Source: Candidatus Saccharimonadota bacterium
Lineage (GTDB): Bacteria; Patescibacteriota; Saccharimonadia; Saccharimonadales; UBA4665
NCBI GenBank assembly: GCA_025927415.1
Contig: JAICLK010000001.1
Location: 1-52,966 of the forward strand
Reading direction: 5' to 3'
Length of the DNA: 52,966 nt
Shown here: in pieces, positions 27,411 through 35,785 of the stretch
Position numbering within the stretch: position 1 is the stretch's first letter
How the letters are laid out: each line of letters begins with the position of its first letter
The notes under the pieces: generated by a model
Seen by the model: the letters and a program-made list of their open reading frames with translations, nothing else
Told to the model about the DNA's origin: nothing
Databases searched by the model: none
Program-made: the position numbers and the translations under genes

Positions 27411-28178
27411 TTAGTTTTCCTTGATGGTTGGTATCATATTGGCAAGTTCAGTTTGATATTGGCTCGATACGCCAGGACATGCTGCGGTAAAGGCTGCACC
27501 GTGGTAGGCAGAGGAATCTGTCAGAAGCTGGTAGAAATGATTGCCGATTTTCCACACTTTTTTGTTGGTAGAAGCAACCAGGAAGTAATTGCCATTTGCT
27601 ACCTTGTGAGCATTGTAGTAACTGTCAAGCGTCATACTACCGGCATTGGCAACGATATCTTTCGCTGGCTTGGTGGGCGGATATTGGTCGGCTTCTACGC
27701 TAGCTTCTTGGCCGTGCTGACCAAAGTAAGCAATGCACGATGGTGCAAACATATTGGTTGTCGTGAAGTCGTAAATATTTTCGGATGGATCTACCTGGTA
27801 GTACACATTACCGACCAAGCTCTGTGGTACGGTAAGTGTTACGTTCCACTTTTTTAGGTGAACGGTGGCGGTTTTCACCTGGCTCCACGCTTCAGGCAGG
27901 TTGGCCGACGTAACATTGAATGTTTTGCCATGTAGCGAGCAACTATCCTTCGTGGTTGTTGTAGATTCTGGTGGTTGCGTGCCACCAAGCTCTAAGCATT
28001 CATTAAAATTTGCGGCAACATCGGAGTTATTTGTGCTTGACTGGTGGTTTTTACTCACAGCCGTATCGCCGTGACTTCTATGCCACAAGAAATAGCTACC
28101 GCCGGCCAGCACCGCCACCAGAAGAACGACGATTGCAGTTTCGGCGATACCGAAGCCATTTTGATTCCTTAGTTTCAT
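27411..28178 (-). CDS. Type IV pilin-like protein
   Basis: MKLRNQNG/FGIAETAIVVLLVAVLAGGSYFLWH. 4 Cys in the C-terminal domain. Confidence 0.7.
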   Translation of the reverse strand: MKLRNQNGFGIAETAIVVLLVAVLAGGSYFLWHRSHGDTAVSKNHQSSTNNSDVAANFNECLELGGTQPPESTTTTKDSCSLHGKTFNVTSANLPEAWSQVKTATVHLKKWNVTLTVPQSLVGNVYYQVDPSENIYDFTTTNMFAPSCIAYFGQHGQEASVEADQYPPTKPAKDIVANAGSMTLDSYYNAHKVANGNYFLVASTNKKVWKIGNHFYQLLTDSSAYHGAAFTAACPGVSSQYQTELANMIPTIKEN

Positions 28179-28241
28179 GTCGACTATTACCTTAGGATTA
28201 TTTTCTGAATTTTAACGTAAAGATTAGGAAAATGATGTACC

Positions 28242-28889
28242 TTAGCCGGCACGCGGAAGTGGCTTGTCGGACTTGAGGAACCACGACTGGTCGTGTTTTG
28301 CCAGCTCGGCATGTATGTCGGTATTCTTTTCTTCCAGCAGTTTGACGATGCGCTTCACCAAACGAACCGGATCGTCATCGTAAACTACCAGATCGCCATG
28401 TGGCGGTTCGAGCGTTTTCATAAGTTCGGGAATGAGATCAGCGGTGCCACCACTGCCTAACAAAACACCACACGGCTTGTGCGCTTCCAGCGCGCTCGTA
28501 AACTCGTGCAACGAGCCAAAGCGACCACCAACGGTGATGACGGCATCGCTGGACTGCACCAAGTACAAATCACGGCCGACGTAATGCAAACCGGTGAAGT
28601 TGATAAAGTCGAAACAATCGTGCGGCAAACGATATTTCAGCAAGTGCTCGCGCAAACTTTGGGCTGGCGAAAAGCCAACGCTCATGCCGCCAGCATTTCT
28701 GGCGCCACGCGCCGCAGCGTACGGCAGACCGACAGTTGCACCGGTTGTCAGAATGTGGCCACTATCAGCTATCGCTACGCCGAGCGTTTCGGCCAGTTTA
28801 GAGGAACTTTTCAGCGTCTCGCCAGCCGCTGCGCCAGACACACAAATAGAATATCGGAGCACGTGGTCCCTTTTATCGGCTGGCATCAT
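28242..28889 (-). CDS. TIGR00725/LOG-like Rossmann protein (SLOG superfamily)
   Basis: 215 aa. ICVSGAAAG...TTGATVGLPYAAARGARNAGG...DAVITVGGRFGSLHEF resembles the LOG/DprA-like fold but lacks the canonical PGGxGTxxE motif. Confidence 0.65.
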   Translation of the reverse strand: MMPADKRDHVLRYSICVSGAAAGETLKSSSKLAETLGVAIADSGHILTTGATVGLPYAAARGARNAGGMSVGFSPAQSLREHLLKYRLPHDCFDFINFTGLHYVGRDLYLVQSSDAVITVGGRFGSLHEFTSALEAHKPCGVLLGSGGTADLIPELMKTLEPPHGDLVVYDDDPVRLVKRIVKLLEEKNTDIHAELAKHDQSWFLKSDKPLPRAG

Positions 28890-28922
28890 GGTACAAAATC
28901 CCCTTAGTTCGTTTTTATTATT

Positions 28923-30164
28923 TTATGCTAATGCTTCTTCAGTGACAAGCTCATCGTTCAGCTGCTCGTGCACCAGTTGCTCGATATTCTCTTGGTGCAA
29001 GTATCGCAACATGAGTTCATGCCAGAGGTGATCACGGAAATAATGCACAATGCGGCGTTCGTACGGCAAATGATTGCAAAAATTGAGCACTGCATCGGTG
29101 AGGTTCAACGAAACCGGACCGTCGGCCGTGTGCAGGGCGAGGTGCGCGCCGTGTTGCCAAAATTCCAAGCGATCGTGCAAACCGGCCACAATGTTTTCGG
29201 CTGGCTGCCACTGAATATCTTCTGATTGAACGTGTGGTTCCAGTACCGTGGCATTGTTGCCATCGCTGCGCGCAAAGTAACGGTGGAGCAGCTTCCACGG
29301 CAAGGCCTGGCCCAGCAAGCTGGTGTGCGTGGTCGGTTCACTGCGTGCGGCCTTCGCAACCAGCTGGCCAAAGTCCGGCCGTACCTGGTGCAACTTGAGG
29401 TACGCACTGGTTACGCGAATATCATTAACAGCATGCACAGCGAGGAGCGTGACCGCCAGTGCTGCGCCGTCCACCGTTTGCGCGGGCAACGGTAGCAGCA
29501 CAACCGCACCGAGCTCTTTGAACGTAAAAACATTGTGTTTTACATCGGTGACGTACTTGGCGCCAAATTCTTCCCAGCGTTTTCCGGCTGGGGCGAGTAC
29601 GCTGCTATCGCGGCTTTCGAAATCGGTCGGATTGAGCTGCCGGTACGCAGCGAGTAGCTGCTTGTGCCAGGTTGCACTTTCGACCATCGCCGCGGCTGCG
29701 TAAACCTGTGGCAACGGCTCATGCTTGAGCATAGAATCAAGCGAGCGGTAGCCCAGCTGTTTCATTACCTTCTTTGGTGGCAACTTTTTGAGCAAGCGTT
29801 TGGTGGTAGTGTTCTTCAGTGCAAACGTTTTCTTAGGCGCCTCAAGTTTTGCAACAAGCCTTGCGACGCGCACCGACAGATCTTTGTCAGTCTGTGCTTC
29901 TGCGCCGATGAGCTCGCGCACGAATTTGTCGTCCTGCTTTACGCGCTCTAACAGTGCGTTGTACAACTCTGGACCAGTAGTATCGTTCGGGTCGAGTCCA
30001 AGATCACGAATGGCATCGCGCACCGCCTGACCGACTTCTGCCATCAGGCGAATATCCGCGCTCGGCGCGCCAGCCGCGTGCTCAAGCTGTTGCACGACCA
30101 GCCGAAAGCCCGGCTCTTTCGCCCCTAAAAGTTCCGACAAAACCCTCGTCATAGTTGCTTTCAT
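28923..30164 (-). CDS. Hypothetical soluble protein, 413 aa, no family recognised
   Basis: Long uninterrupted ORF with no TM segment or motif that I can name. It is followed 33 nt later by the SLOG-like gene, which has its own AAGGGGA SD. Confidence 0.6.
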   Translation of the reverse strand: MKATMTRVLSELLGAKEPGFRLVVQQLEHAAGAPSADIRLMAEVGQAVRDAIRDLGLDPNDTTGPELYNALLERVKQDDKFVRELIGAEAQTDKDLSVRVARLVAKLEAPKKTFALKNTTTKRLLKKLPPKKVMKQLGYRSLDSMLKHEPLPQVYAAAAMVESATWHKQLLAAYRQLNPTDFESRDSSVLAPAGKRWEEFGAKYVTDVKHNVFTFKELGAVVLLPLPAQTVDGAALAVTLLAVHAVNDIRVTSAYLKLHQVRPDFGQLVAKAARSEPTTHTSLLGQALPWKLLHRYFARSDGNNATVLEPHVQSEDIQWQPAENIVAGLHDRLEFWQHGAHLALHTADGPVSLNLTDAVLNFCNHLPYERRIVHYFRDHLWHELMLRYLHQENIEQLVHEQLNDELVTEEALA

Positions 30165-30719
30165 GGTACCACAAGCACAATGGCTGTTCCAGCGAAATAT
30201 CTACCGGCCAAGGTTGATTTGGCCAAGCGAAGCGTGAACCTGTAAGCATCCTTTCCAAGAACCACATCTCCCTTCTTTTGGCTTAGCCCAAAAGAAGCAA
30301 AAGGCCAAGGCGTGAACTCCGTTATCTTGGGAAGCCATTGTACCAATCACAATCTGCTGCGGAACTCCCTCGCCTCGCTTCATTCAGACAGTCCTCGCTT
30401 AGGGAAGGATTGTCATTGGCACAACGGCTTCGCCAGGACAACTGCGCAGGGCCACATGATATGTAGCCCGCCAAAGGCGGGCAAATGAACAATAGCGAAG
30501 CTACTTATTGGGGTGGACATCGGCTTTGGCCCAAGGCTGATATAAAACAAGTCACCAAGGTTTTCAAATTCAGCCCTTGTGGCCGACCGTAGGGAGTCGT
30601 TTGGATACCCTGGCTGACTTGTTTTATGGCTGGCCTGGCGACAAAACGTAGTCCGGAGTTTTTGGCTACTTTTGTTGGTACAAAAGTAACTGCTTTGGTT
30701 CTTTGGCAAAAAAGAACAC
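30165..30719 (-). ncRNA. Candidate large structured RNA or 5' leader (unclassified)
   Basis: This is the largest non-coding gap in the window, with no credible ORF. Helices in plus-strand coordinates are: 30206-30211/30219-30224; 30272-30281/30288-30297; 30331-30354/30408-30431 (24 bp); 30366-30370/30401-30405; 30466-30472/30476-30482; 30542-30554/30615-30627 (13 bp perfect, long range); 30667-30675/30680-30688; 30698-30704/30711-30717. In the 24-bp helix, two A-C mismatches on the plus strand become G-U pairs on the minus strand. Confidence 0.4.
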
Positions 30720-31730
30720 TTAAAAGCGCTCGGGCTTGTACGCTGCCGGAGCTTTGTGTAGCCAGTTAAGCAGTTCGTGCTCTTTCAGTAAGCCTGCCTG
30801 CGCGCCAACTTTTTGGACGACGCTCATGGAGTTGATTGGCGCCCAACGCAGCGCATCCTCCAAACTCAAACCCTTGGCAAGCGCAGCTACAAATGTGCTG
30901 GCAAATGCATCACCGGCACCGGTGCGATCTTTTGGTGGCGATGGGTCGGGGTATAGCGGCATCTTGAAACGATTGACGCCATCAGATGCGTACGCTCCGT
31001 GCGGACCGTCAGTTAGTACCACAATTTTCGCCCCCAGCGCGTGCAGATGGTTGATGAGATCATGTATGTCGGCATGATTGCCGCCGCCAACCGTCACGGC
31101 TTCTTCGCGGTTCAAAATGAGCACTTCACTCTGTTTGTACAAACGCTTCAATCGCTCGGCACCGGCTTCCATTTGGAACGTGCCTGGTTGGAACGCTAGC
31201 TTCACGCTCGGGTTTTTGTCGAGCCAGTCGGCCACGTCGTCATGATATGGGATGGCGTGTTTGCTAATTGAGCTGAAGTATACCCAGCGCGGAATCTCGT
31301 GCGGTGCAATGTGCGGCCAGCGGTAGTCGTACTCTTCGTGTTTGATAAGGATGGTCCGCTCTTCCTTGTACCACAGCACAAAATGATAGTTACTCTTATT
31401 ATGCGGGTTGATGCGGATAAAGCGGTGGTCGACGCCTTGTTTGGCCAGCACGTCGATCATGTCACGGCCGTATTGATCGCCGCCGACATTGGTCACAAAA
31501 CCGCTATTCAACCCGAGCCGCGCAAACGCCACTGCACCGTTAGCTGCATTGCCGACGCCCACCACAACTTCGCGGTGGTCAAACGGAATTTTGGTACCAA
31601 ACGGAATAGCCAGCCACTCGGCACCATTCTTTTCGTGCTCAACTTTTTCTTCTTTTTCGAGCAACTTAATAAAGTCGTCGGTTACAACGTCGCCAATGGC
31701 GAGTACGTCAAACTGGCTTTGGTTATTCAT
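30720..31730 (-). CDS. PfkB-family carbohydrate/sugar-phosphate kinase
   Basis: VLAIGDVVTDDF N-terminus and the PfkB signature DRTGAGDAFASTFVAAL. I prefer ATG 31730 (SD AAGGGGTGG) over the ORF-track GTG at 31736. Confidence 0.8.
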   Translation of the reverse strand: MNNQSQFDVLAIGDVVTDDFIKLLEKEEKVEHEKNGAEWLAIPFGTKIPFDHREVVVGVGNAANGAVAFARLGLNSGFVTNVGGDQYGRDMIDVLAKQGVDHRFIRINPHNKSNYHFVLWYKEERTILIKHEEYDYRWPHIAPHEIPRWVYFSSISKHAIPYHDDVADWLDKNPSVKLAFQPGTFQMEAGAERLKRLYKQSEVLILNREEAVTVGGGNHADIHDLINHLHALGAKIVVLTDGPHGAYASDGVNRFKMPLYPDPSPPKDRTGAGDAFASTFVAALAKGLSLEDALRWAPINSMSVVQKVGAQAGLLKEHELLNWLHKAPAAYKPERF

Positions 31731-31772
31731 GTCCACCCCTTCTTTTTAACTTCTGTTTATTCCGGTATTTAC

Positions 31773-32003
31773 TTACGGCCCTGGCGCATTTGCTGCTGGC
31801 TGTTGCGGCAGCGTTGGTCGGTGCGCAGCGGCAGCTTCTTTTGCCTGGGAAACTCGTTGTGCTGCTTCGGCTTGCTGTCGCATCGACTCAGCATATGCCG
31901 CTTGCCGAACCTGCGCATCTTCAATCACGCGCGCCAGCTCTACTTTTACTACCTCTCGCACAATGGCTTTAATCGCCTCGAGGTCCTCGATGCTCAAGTT
32001 CAT
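31773..32003 (-). CDS. Small hypothetical helical protein (76 aa)
   Basis: ORF with its own promoter-like TTGCAA, 16 nt, TATGAT ending 7 nt before the ATG. It has a charged helical N-terminal part and an Ala/Gln/Pro-rich tail. No family recognised. Confidence 0.45.
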   Translation of the reverse strand: MNLSIEDLEAIKAIVREVVKVELARVIEDAQVRQAAYAESMRQQAEAAQRVSQAKEAAAAHRPTLPQQPAANAPGP

Positions 32004-32010
32004 ACCTTAC

Positions 32011-32038
32011 ATCATACCGCTTGTGCTTGAGATTGCAA
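32011..32038 (-). promoter_or_regulatory. Putative internal promoter TTGCAA (32038-32033), 16 nt, TATGAT (32016-32011), 7 nt before ATG 32003
   Basis: Read on the minus strand, in the 45-nt gap after the aldolase stop. Confidence 0.45.
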
Positions 32039-32048
32039 AACTACAAAT

Positions 32049-33095
32049 TTACAAATCTTGGGCATGCGAGACAAAGTTATCGGTGTCGAGCGCGGACTCA
32101 TCCAGCTCACCCTTGCTCGCAGCTGACGCCAGTTCAAGCTGCTTCAGAAAAAGCTCTTTCGCTCCGGCTGGTTGGTTGCGGTCATGCGCCCAGGCTTTGA
32201 GCACCGGGTCTTGCAAGGCCCGCGAGTAGGAAAAAGTAAGCCCCCACGGATGGCCGCCAAGTTTGGCAATACGGTTGAGATTAACAAAGGCATCGCGCGG
32301 GGTTTGGCCGCCACTCAGAAATACGACACCGCCAAGTTCGGGCGGGACGTGCTCGTGCAGCGCGCGAACGGTGCGCTCGGCCACTTCGTCGTTGTCCATT
32401 ACGCCACCGTTGTCTTTGCCGGGCAACGCCATGCTGGTTTTGAGGATGGCGCCTGGCAAGTGCACCCGGAAAGCACGCATGGTTTGGAAGAGGATATCGA
32501 AGGTATGGCTCATAACTTGTTCGGCTTGTTCGGCCGTGTGATGGCCGTCGAACAATACTTCCGGCTCAACAATTGGCACGATGCCAGCGTCTTGGCAAAT
32601 GCGCGCATACCGAGCGAGTGTGTAGGTGTTGGCGCCGATGCATTCGTCAGTTGGGATGCCATCGCCGATGGTAATAACGGCGCGCCACTTGGCAAACTTC
32701 GCACCGGCTGGGGCATAGGTTTCCACGCCTTCAGATAAGCTGTCGAGGCCTTGCGTCACTTTTTCATTCGGAAAACCTGGCAAGTCCACCAAGCCTTTGT
32801 CTACTTTGATGCCCGGCGCAACGTCTTTGCCTTTCAAATACTCACGAAAAACTTGGCCCTCGGTGGTAGACTGCCAAAACGTCTCATCGAACAAAATTAC
32901 GCCGCTCAAGTACTTTTCTGAGCCTGGTGTGGTCAGCAAAATCTCACGATATTCGCGGCGAGTCTGCTCGGTGCAAGCCACGCTTACGGCGTCGAAGCGC
33001 TTTTTACAGCTGTTGTTGCTTTCGTCTGCTGCCAGCAAACCTTTGCCTGGCTCAACCAGTTTTTTTGCCATTTGTTCAAGTTCGTGTTCGTTCAT
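32049..33095 (-). CDS. Fructose-bisphosphate aldolase, class I (Schiff-base, eukaryote-type)
   Basis: 348 aa. GLLAADESNNSCKKRF is the N-terminal signature of class I FBA, and the ...ILKTSMALPG region holds the candidate Schiff-base Lys. Confidence 0.9.
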   Translation of the reverse strand: MNEHELEQMAKKLVEPGKGLLAADESNNSCKKRFDAVSVACTEQTRREYREILLTTPGSEKYLSGVILFDETFWQSTTEGQVFREYLKGKDVAPGIKVDKGLVDLPGFPNEKVTQGLDSLSEGVETYAPAGAKFAKWRAVITIGDGIPTDECIGANTYTLARYARICQDAGIVPIVEPEVLFDGHHTAEQAEQVMSHTFDILFQTMRAFRVHLPGAILKTSMALPGKDNGGVMDNDEVAERTVRALHEHVPPELGGVVFLSGGQTPRDAFVNLNRIAKLGGHPWGLTFSYSRALQDPVLKAWAHDRNQPAGAKELFLKQLELASAASKGELDESALDTDNFVSHAQDL

Positions 33096-34084
33096 TTCTC
33101 CACCTTATTTTTACGTTCAATTACATGATGTGCAGCCAATCGGATATGGTTGGCATCGAGGCCGAAGTGCGTGAGCAGCTGGGTCGGTTCGCCAGATTCG
33201 CCAAAGCGGTCGCGCATGCCGATGCGCTTTATCGGCACCGGCAGCTCGTCGCCCAAAAGTTCGGCAATCACGCCGCCAAGGCCGCCGGCCATCTGGCCTT
33301 CCTCGGCCGTGACGACGCAGCCTGTTTTGCGCACGCTGGCGAGAATGGTTTCTTTGTCCAGCGGCTTGATGGTTGGCACGTGCACCACTTCGGCGTGAAT
33401 GCCATCTTTGGCAAGGTGCTCGGCCGCTGCCAGCGCTTGGTATGTCATGGTTCCGGTCGCGATGAGACTCACGTCGGCACCTTCTTGGAACACATATGCC
33501 TTGCCAATTTCAAACGGCGTATCAGCAGTGGTGACAACCGGCGTCTTTTCGCGGGCCAAGCGTAAATAGCTGGGCCGACGGTCACTCGCCATGGCGAGCG
33601 TCGCTTTTTCCGCCTCAACACTGTCGCACGGCGCCACTACCACCATGTTTGGCAGCACGCGCATAATTGCAATGTCTTCCAGCATCTGGTGCGTGGCACC
33701 GTCTGGCCCAACGCTTACGCCGGCATGGTTGCCGACAATTTTTACCGGCTGATCATTCAAACAAATAGTCGTACGAATTTGCTCCCAACAGCGGCCGGGC
33801 GCAAAGGCTGCATAACTGCTAACGAATGGGATTTTACCCATTGCCGCAAGGCCCGAGCCAACGGTTACTAAGTTTTGCTCGGCAATGCCAATTTCTATAA
33901 ACCGGTCGGGGAATACTTTGGCAAAGTCACCCATGTGCGTGCTGTCGGTGAGGTCTGCGCACGCGCCAACCACATGCTCGTTCAGGCCAGCAGCCGTAAC
34001 CAGCCCGCGCCCAAAGCCCGCGCGAATCGGCTCTTGCTTGATATCGCTCGCCAAAACGTCCTCAATCAAGTGCATATTATGCAT
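33092..34084 (-). CDS. Transketolase, C-terminal (pyrimidine-binding plus C-terminal domain) subunit
   Basis: 330 aa. FIEIGIAEQNLVTVGSGLA is the typical Pyr-domain motif. ATGA overlap with the aldolase gene. SD is AGGAG. Confidence 0.9.
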   Translation of the reverse strand: MHNMHLIEDVLASDIKQEPIRAGFGRGLVTAAGLNEHVVGACADLTDSTHMGDFAKVFPDRFIEIGIAEQNLVTVGSGLAAMGKIPFVSSYAAFAPGRCWEQIRTTICLNDQPVKIVGNHAGVSVGPDGATHQMLEDIAIMRVLPNMVVVAPCDSVEAEKATLAMASDRRPSYLRLAREKTPVVTTADTPFEIGKAYVFQEGADVSLIATGTMTYQALAAAEHLAKDGIHAEVVHVPTIKPLDKETILASVRKTGCVVTAEEGQMAGGLGGVIAELLGDELPVPIKRIGMRDRFGESGEPTQLLTHFGLDANHIRLAAHHVIERKNKVEK

Positions 34085-34109
34085 AGTGGCTCCTATAGAG
34101 TGAGTGTAC

Positions 34110-34185
34110 TTTTCCAGAGAGAGTCAGGCGAAGTGCAGCCGGAACGAGCAAAGCTCGTCCCGCGCGAAACGCTCTCTTTGGAAAA
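34110..34185. repeat. Nested inverted repeats in the spacer between the two transketolase subunit genes
   Basis: Outer arms are TTTTCCAGAGAGAG (34110-34123) and CTCTCTTTGGAAAA (34172-34185), 14 bp with one G-T pair on the plus strand. The inner hairpin is ACGAGC-AAA-GCTCGT (34144-34158). Confidence 0.6.
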
Positions 34186-34201
34186 ATGTGCAAACGCCTA
34201 C

Positions 34202-35080
34202 TCATCGTTCGTGCTCGCTTTTAATTTTGCCTTGCAGGGTGCGGAGTTCGTGTAGTGCTTTGACTGGAACTTGATCGATGGTTGGCCCACCCGGTGTCTG
34301 CACGAAGTAGCCGTGCCAGTGATAATCGTTTTCCATAAAATCAACGCCTTTGCCGGGAACGGTATGCGCAAGGATACACACGGGCTTTTCCACGATAGCT
34401 CGCGCCATGGCGCAGGCATCGATAACGGCCTCCACGTTGTTGCCGTCAATTTCTAGCACATGCCAGCCGAACGCCTCCCATTTTGCACGTAAGTCTTCTA
34501 GCGGCATTACGGCTTCTGTAGGACCATCAATCTGAATGTTATTGCGATCCACAATAGCGATGATGTTGTTAAGTTTATACTTAGAAGCCAGCATAATAGC
34601 TTCCCAGTTGTTGCCTTCGTTCAGCTCACCATCACCGGTAGTTACATACACCCAGCGGTGGTGTTGGCCGTTCATCCGCATAGCCAACGCCATACCGCAA
34701 GCTTGGCTTAAACCACATCCCAGTGGACCACTGGTGTTTTCCAGCCCCGGCAACTTGGTGCGCTCCGGGTGACCTTGCAAACGCGAACCGAGCTTTCTTA
34801 GAGTAAGTAATTCTTTTCGTTCAAAGTAGCCAGCACGCGCCATTGTGGCATAACGGACTGGGCAAGTATGGCCATTGCTTTGCAGGAGAATATCTCGATC
34901 TTCCCAGTCAGGGTTGTGCGGGTCGTGTTTCAGGATATCAAAATAGAGTGCTGTAAAAATATCCGCCTGTCCAAGTGGTCCAGCCACATGGCCACTGCCG
35001 GCGGCCACGAGCATGCGGATAATATCCTCGCGGATTTCGTCTGCGAGTAACTCAAGTTCTTTAATCGATAATCGCTGCAT
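34202..35080 (-). CDS. Transketolase, N-terminal (thiamine-diphosphate-binding) subunit
   Basis: 292 aa. GHVAGPLGQADI...NGH...TGDGELNEGNNWEA is the TPP-binding motif GDG...N. TATACT lies 7 nt before the ATG. Confidence 0.9.
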   Translation of the reverse strand: MQRLSIKELELLADEIREDIIRMLVAAGSGHVAGPLGQADIFTALYFDILKHDPHNPDWEDRDILLQSNGHTCPVRYATMARAGYFERKELLTLRKLGSRLQGHPERTKLPGLENTSGPLGCGLSQACGMALAMRMNGQHHRWVYVTTGDGELNEGNNWEAIMLASKYKLNNIIAIVDRNNIQIDGPTEAVMPLEDLRAKWEAFGWHVLEIDGNNVEAVIDACAMARAIVEKPVCILAHTVPGKGVDFMENDYHWHGYFVQTPGGPTIDQVPVKALHELRTLQGKIKSEHER

Positions 35081-35127
35081 TTTTTATAGTATACCTGGCG
35101 CTTATGCTTTTTACGAAATTTTAAATT

Positions 35128-35769
35128 TTAGTTTACTGAAGTTGCGGCAGCCGCCAATAACTGGTAGGCTTTTGCCGCGTCGTCTGCCTGCTGGATAAAG
35201 CCGCCGACATTCAACACTTCCACGCCACCTTCGGCCAGCTGCTGGACGTTGTGGTTGTTCACGCCGCCATCCCAGCCAATCTCGACCGCTGGCCGCAATG
35301 CTTTAATGGCTTTCACCTTCTCGAGTAAGGCAAGATCTGCCGTGCTGCCACCTTGGTGGCCCAAGTTACCAGAGAAAATGAGCACGTGGTCGACCAGTCC
35401 AAGCGCCGGTTTGATGAACTCAACCGACGTTTGCTGCAACAGCGCGACCCCGACTTCGATGCCATGCCGGCGCACTTTTTCGGCAAGCGCGGCGAAGCCG
35501 CCATCGGCTTCGGCATGCACGATAATGAGCTGCGGGTCGAGCGCAATCAGCGCATCGAGATGCTCAAACGGCCGCCGATACATCACATGCAGGTCAGCCC
35601 GCACGCCGCCCGGCCACCACACGTCAGTTGGCGCCACCAATACGTTCGGCGTAAATTCGCCGTCGCCCAGATCGATGTGTAGCCGACGTGTAAACGCCGC
35701 CACCCGTTCAATTTGCTGGCGGTAATCGTCCGGACTTTCAGCATCGATGGTTGGACAAATGTCTACCAT
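35128..35769 (-). CDS. rpe: Ribulose-phosphate 3-epimerase-like TIM-barrel protein (divergent)
   Basis: HIDLGDGEF, DLHVM, IVHAEA, IFSGNLGHQGG and EIGWDGGV line up with the Rpe motifs HVDVMDGHF, DVHLM, FHAEA, MSVNPGFGGQ and EVDGGI. Confidence 0.65.
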   Translation of the reverse strand: MVDICPTIDAESPDDYRQQIERVAAFTRRLHIDLGDGEFTPNVLVAPTDVWWPGGVRADLHVMYRRPFEHLDALIALDPQLIIVHAEADGGFAALAEKVRRHGIEVGVALLQQTSVEFIKPALGLVDHVLIFSGNLGHQGGSTADLALLEKVKAIKALRPAVEIGWDGGVNNHNVQQLAEGGVEVLNVGGFIQQADDAAKAYQLLAAAATSVN

Positions 35770-35785
35770 GACTATTTAACCTTTG

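Noticed and set aside
30413-30709. 98-aa minus-strand ORF (and 60-61-aa ORFs at 30082-30383) within the 555-nt gap
   Set aside because: They have no SD and a Cys/Ser/Pro-rich, non-protein-like sequence, and they are cut across by long perfect helices. I treat them as non-coding.
30165-30719. Identity as RNase P RNA, tmRNA, SRP RNA, a T-box or a group II intron fragment
   Set aside because: The diagnostic strings were not found on either strand: GAGGAAAGUCC with ACAGAA..GGCUUA, GGGG..GGAUUCGAC with a T-arm and CCA end, GGUCCGGAAGGAAGCAGCC, the T-box AGGGUGGNACCGCG, and the domain V consensus. Only weak partial resemblances appear (for example AUGCUUACAGG). This was an eye check only and needs cmscan.
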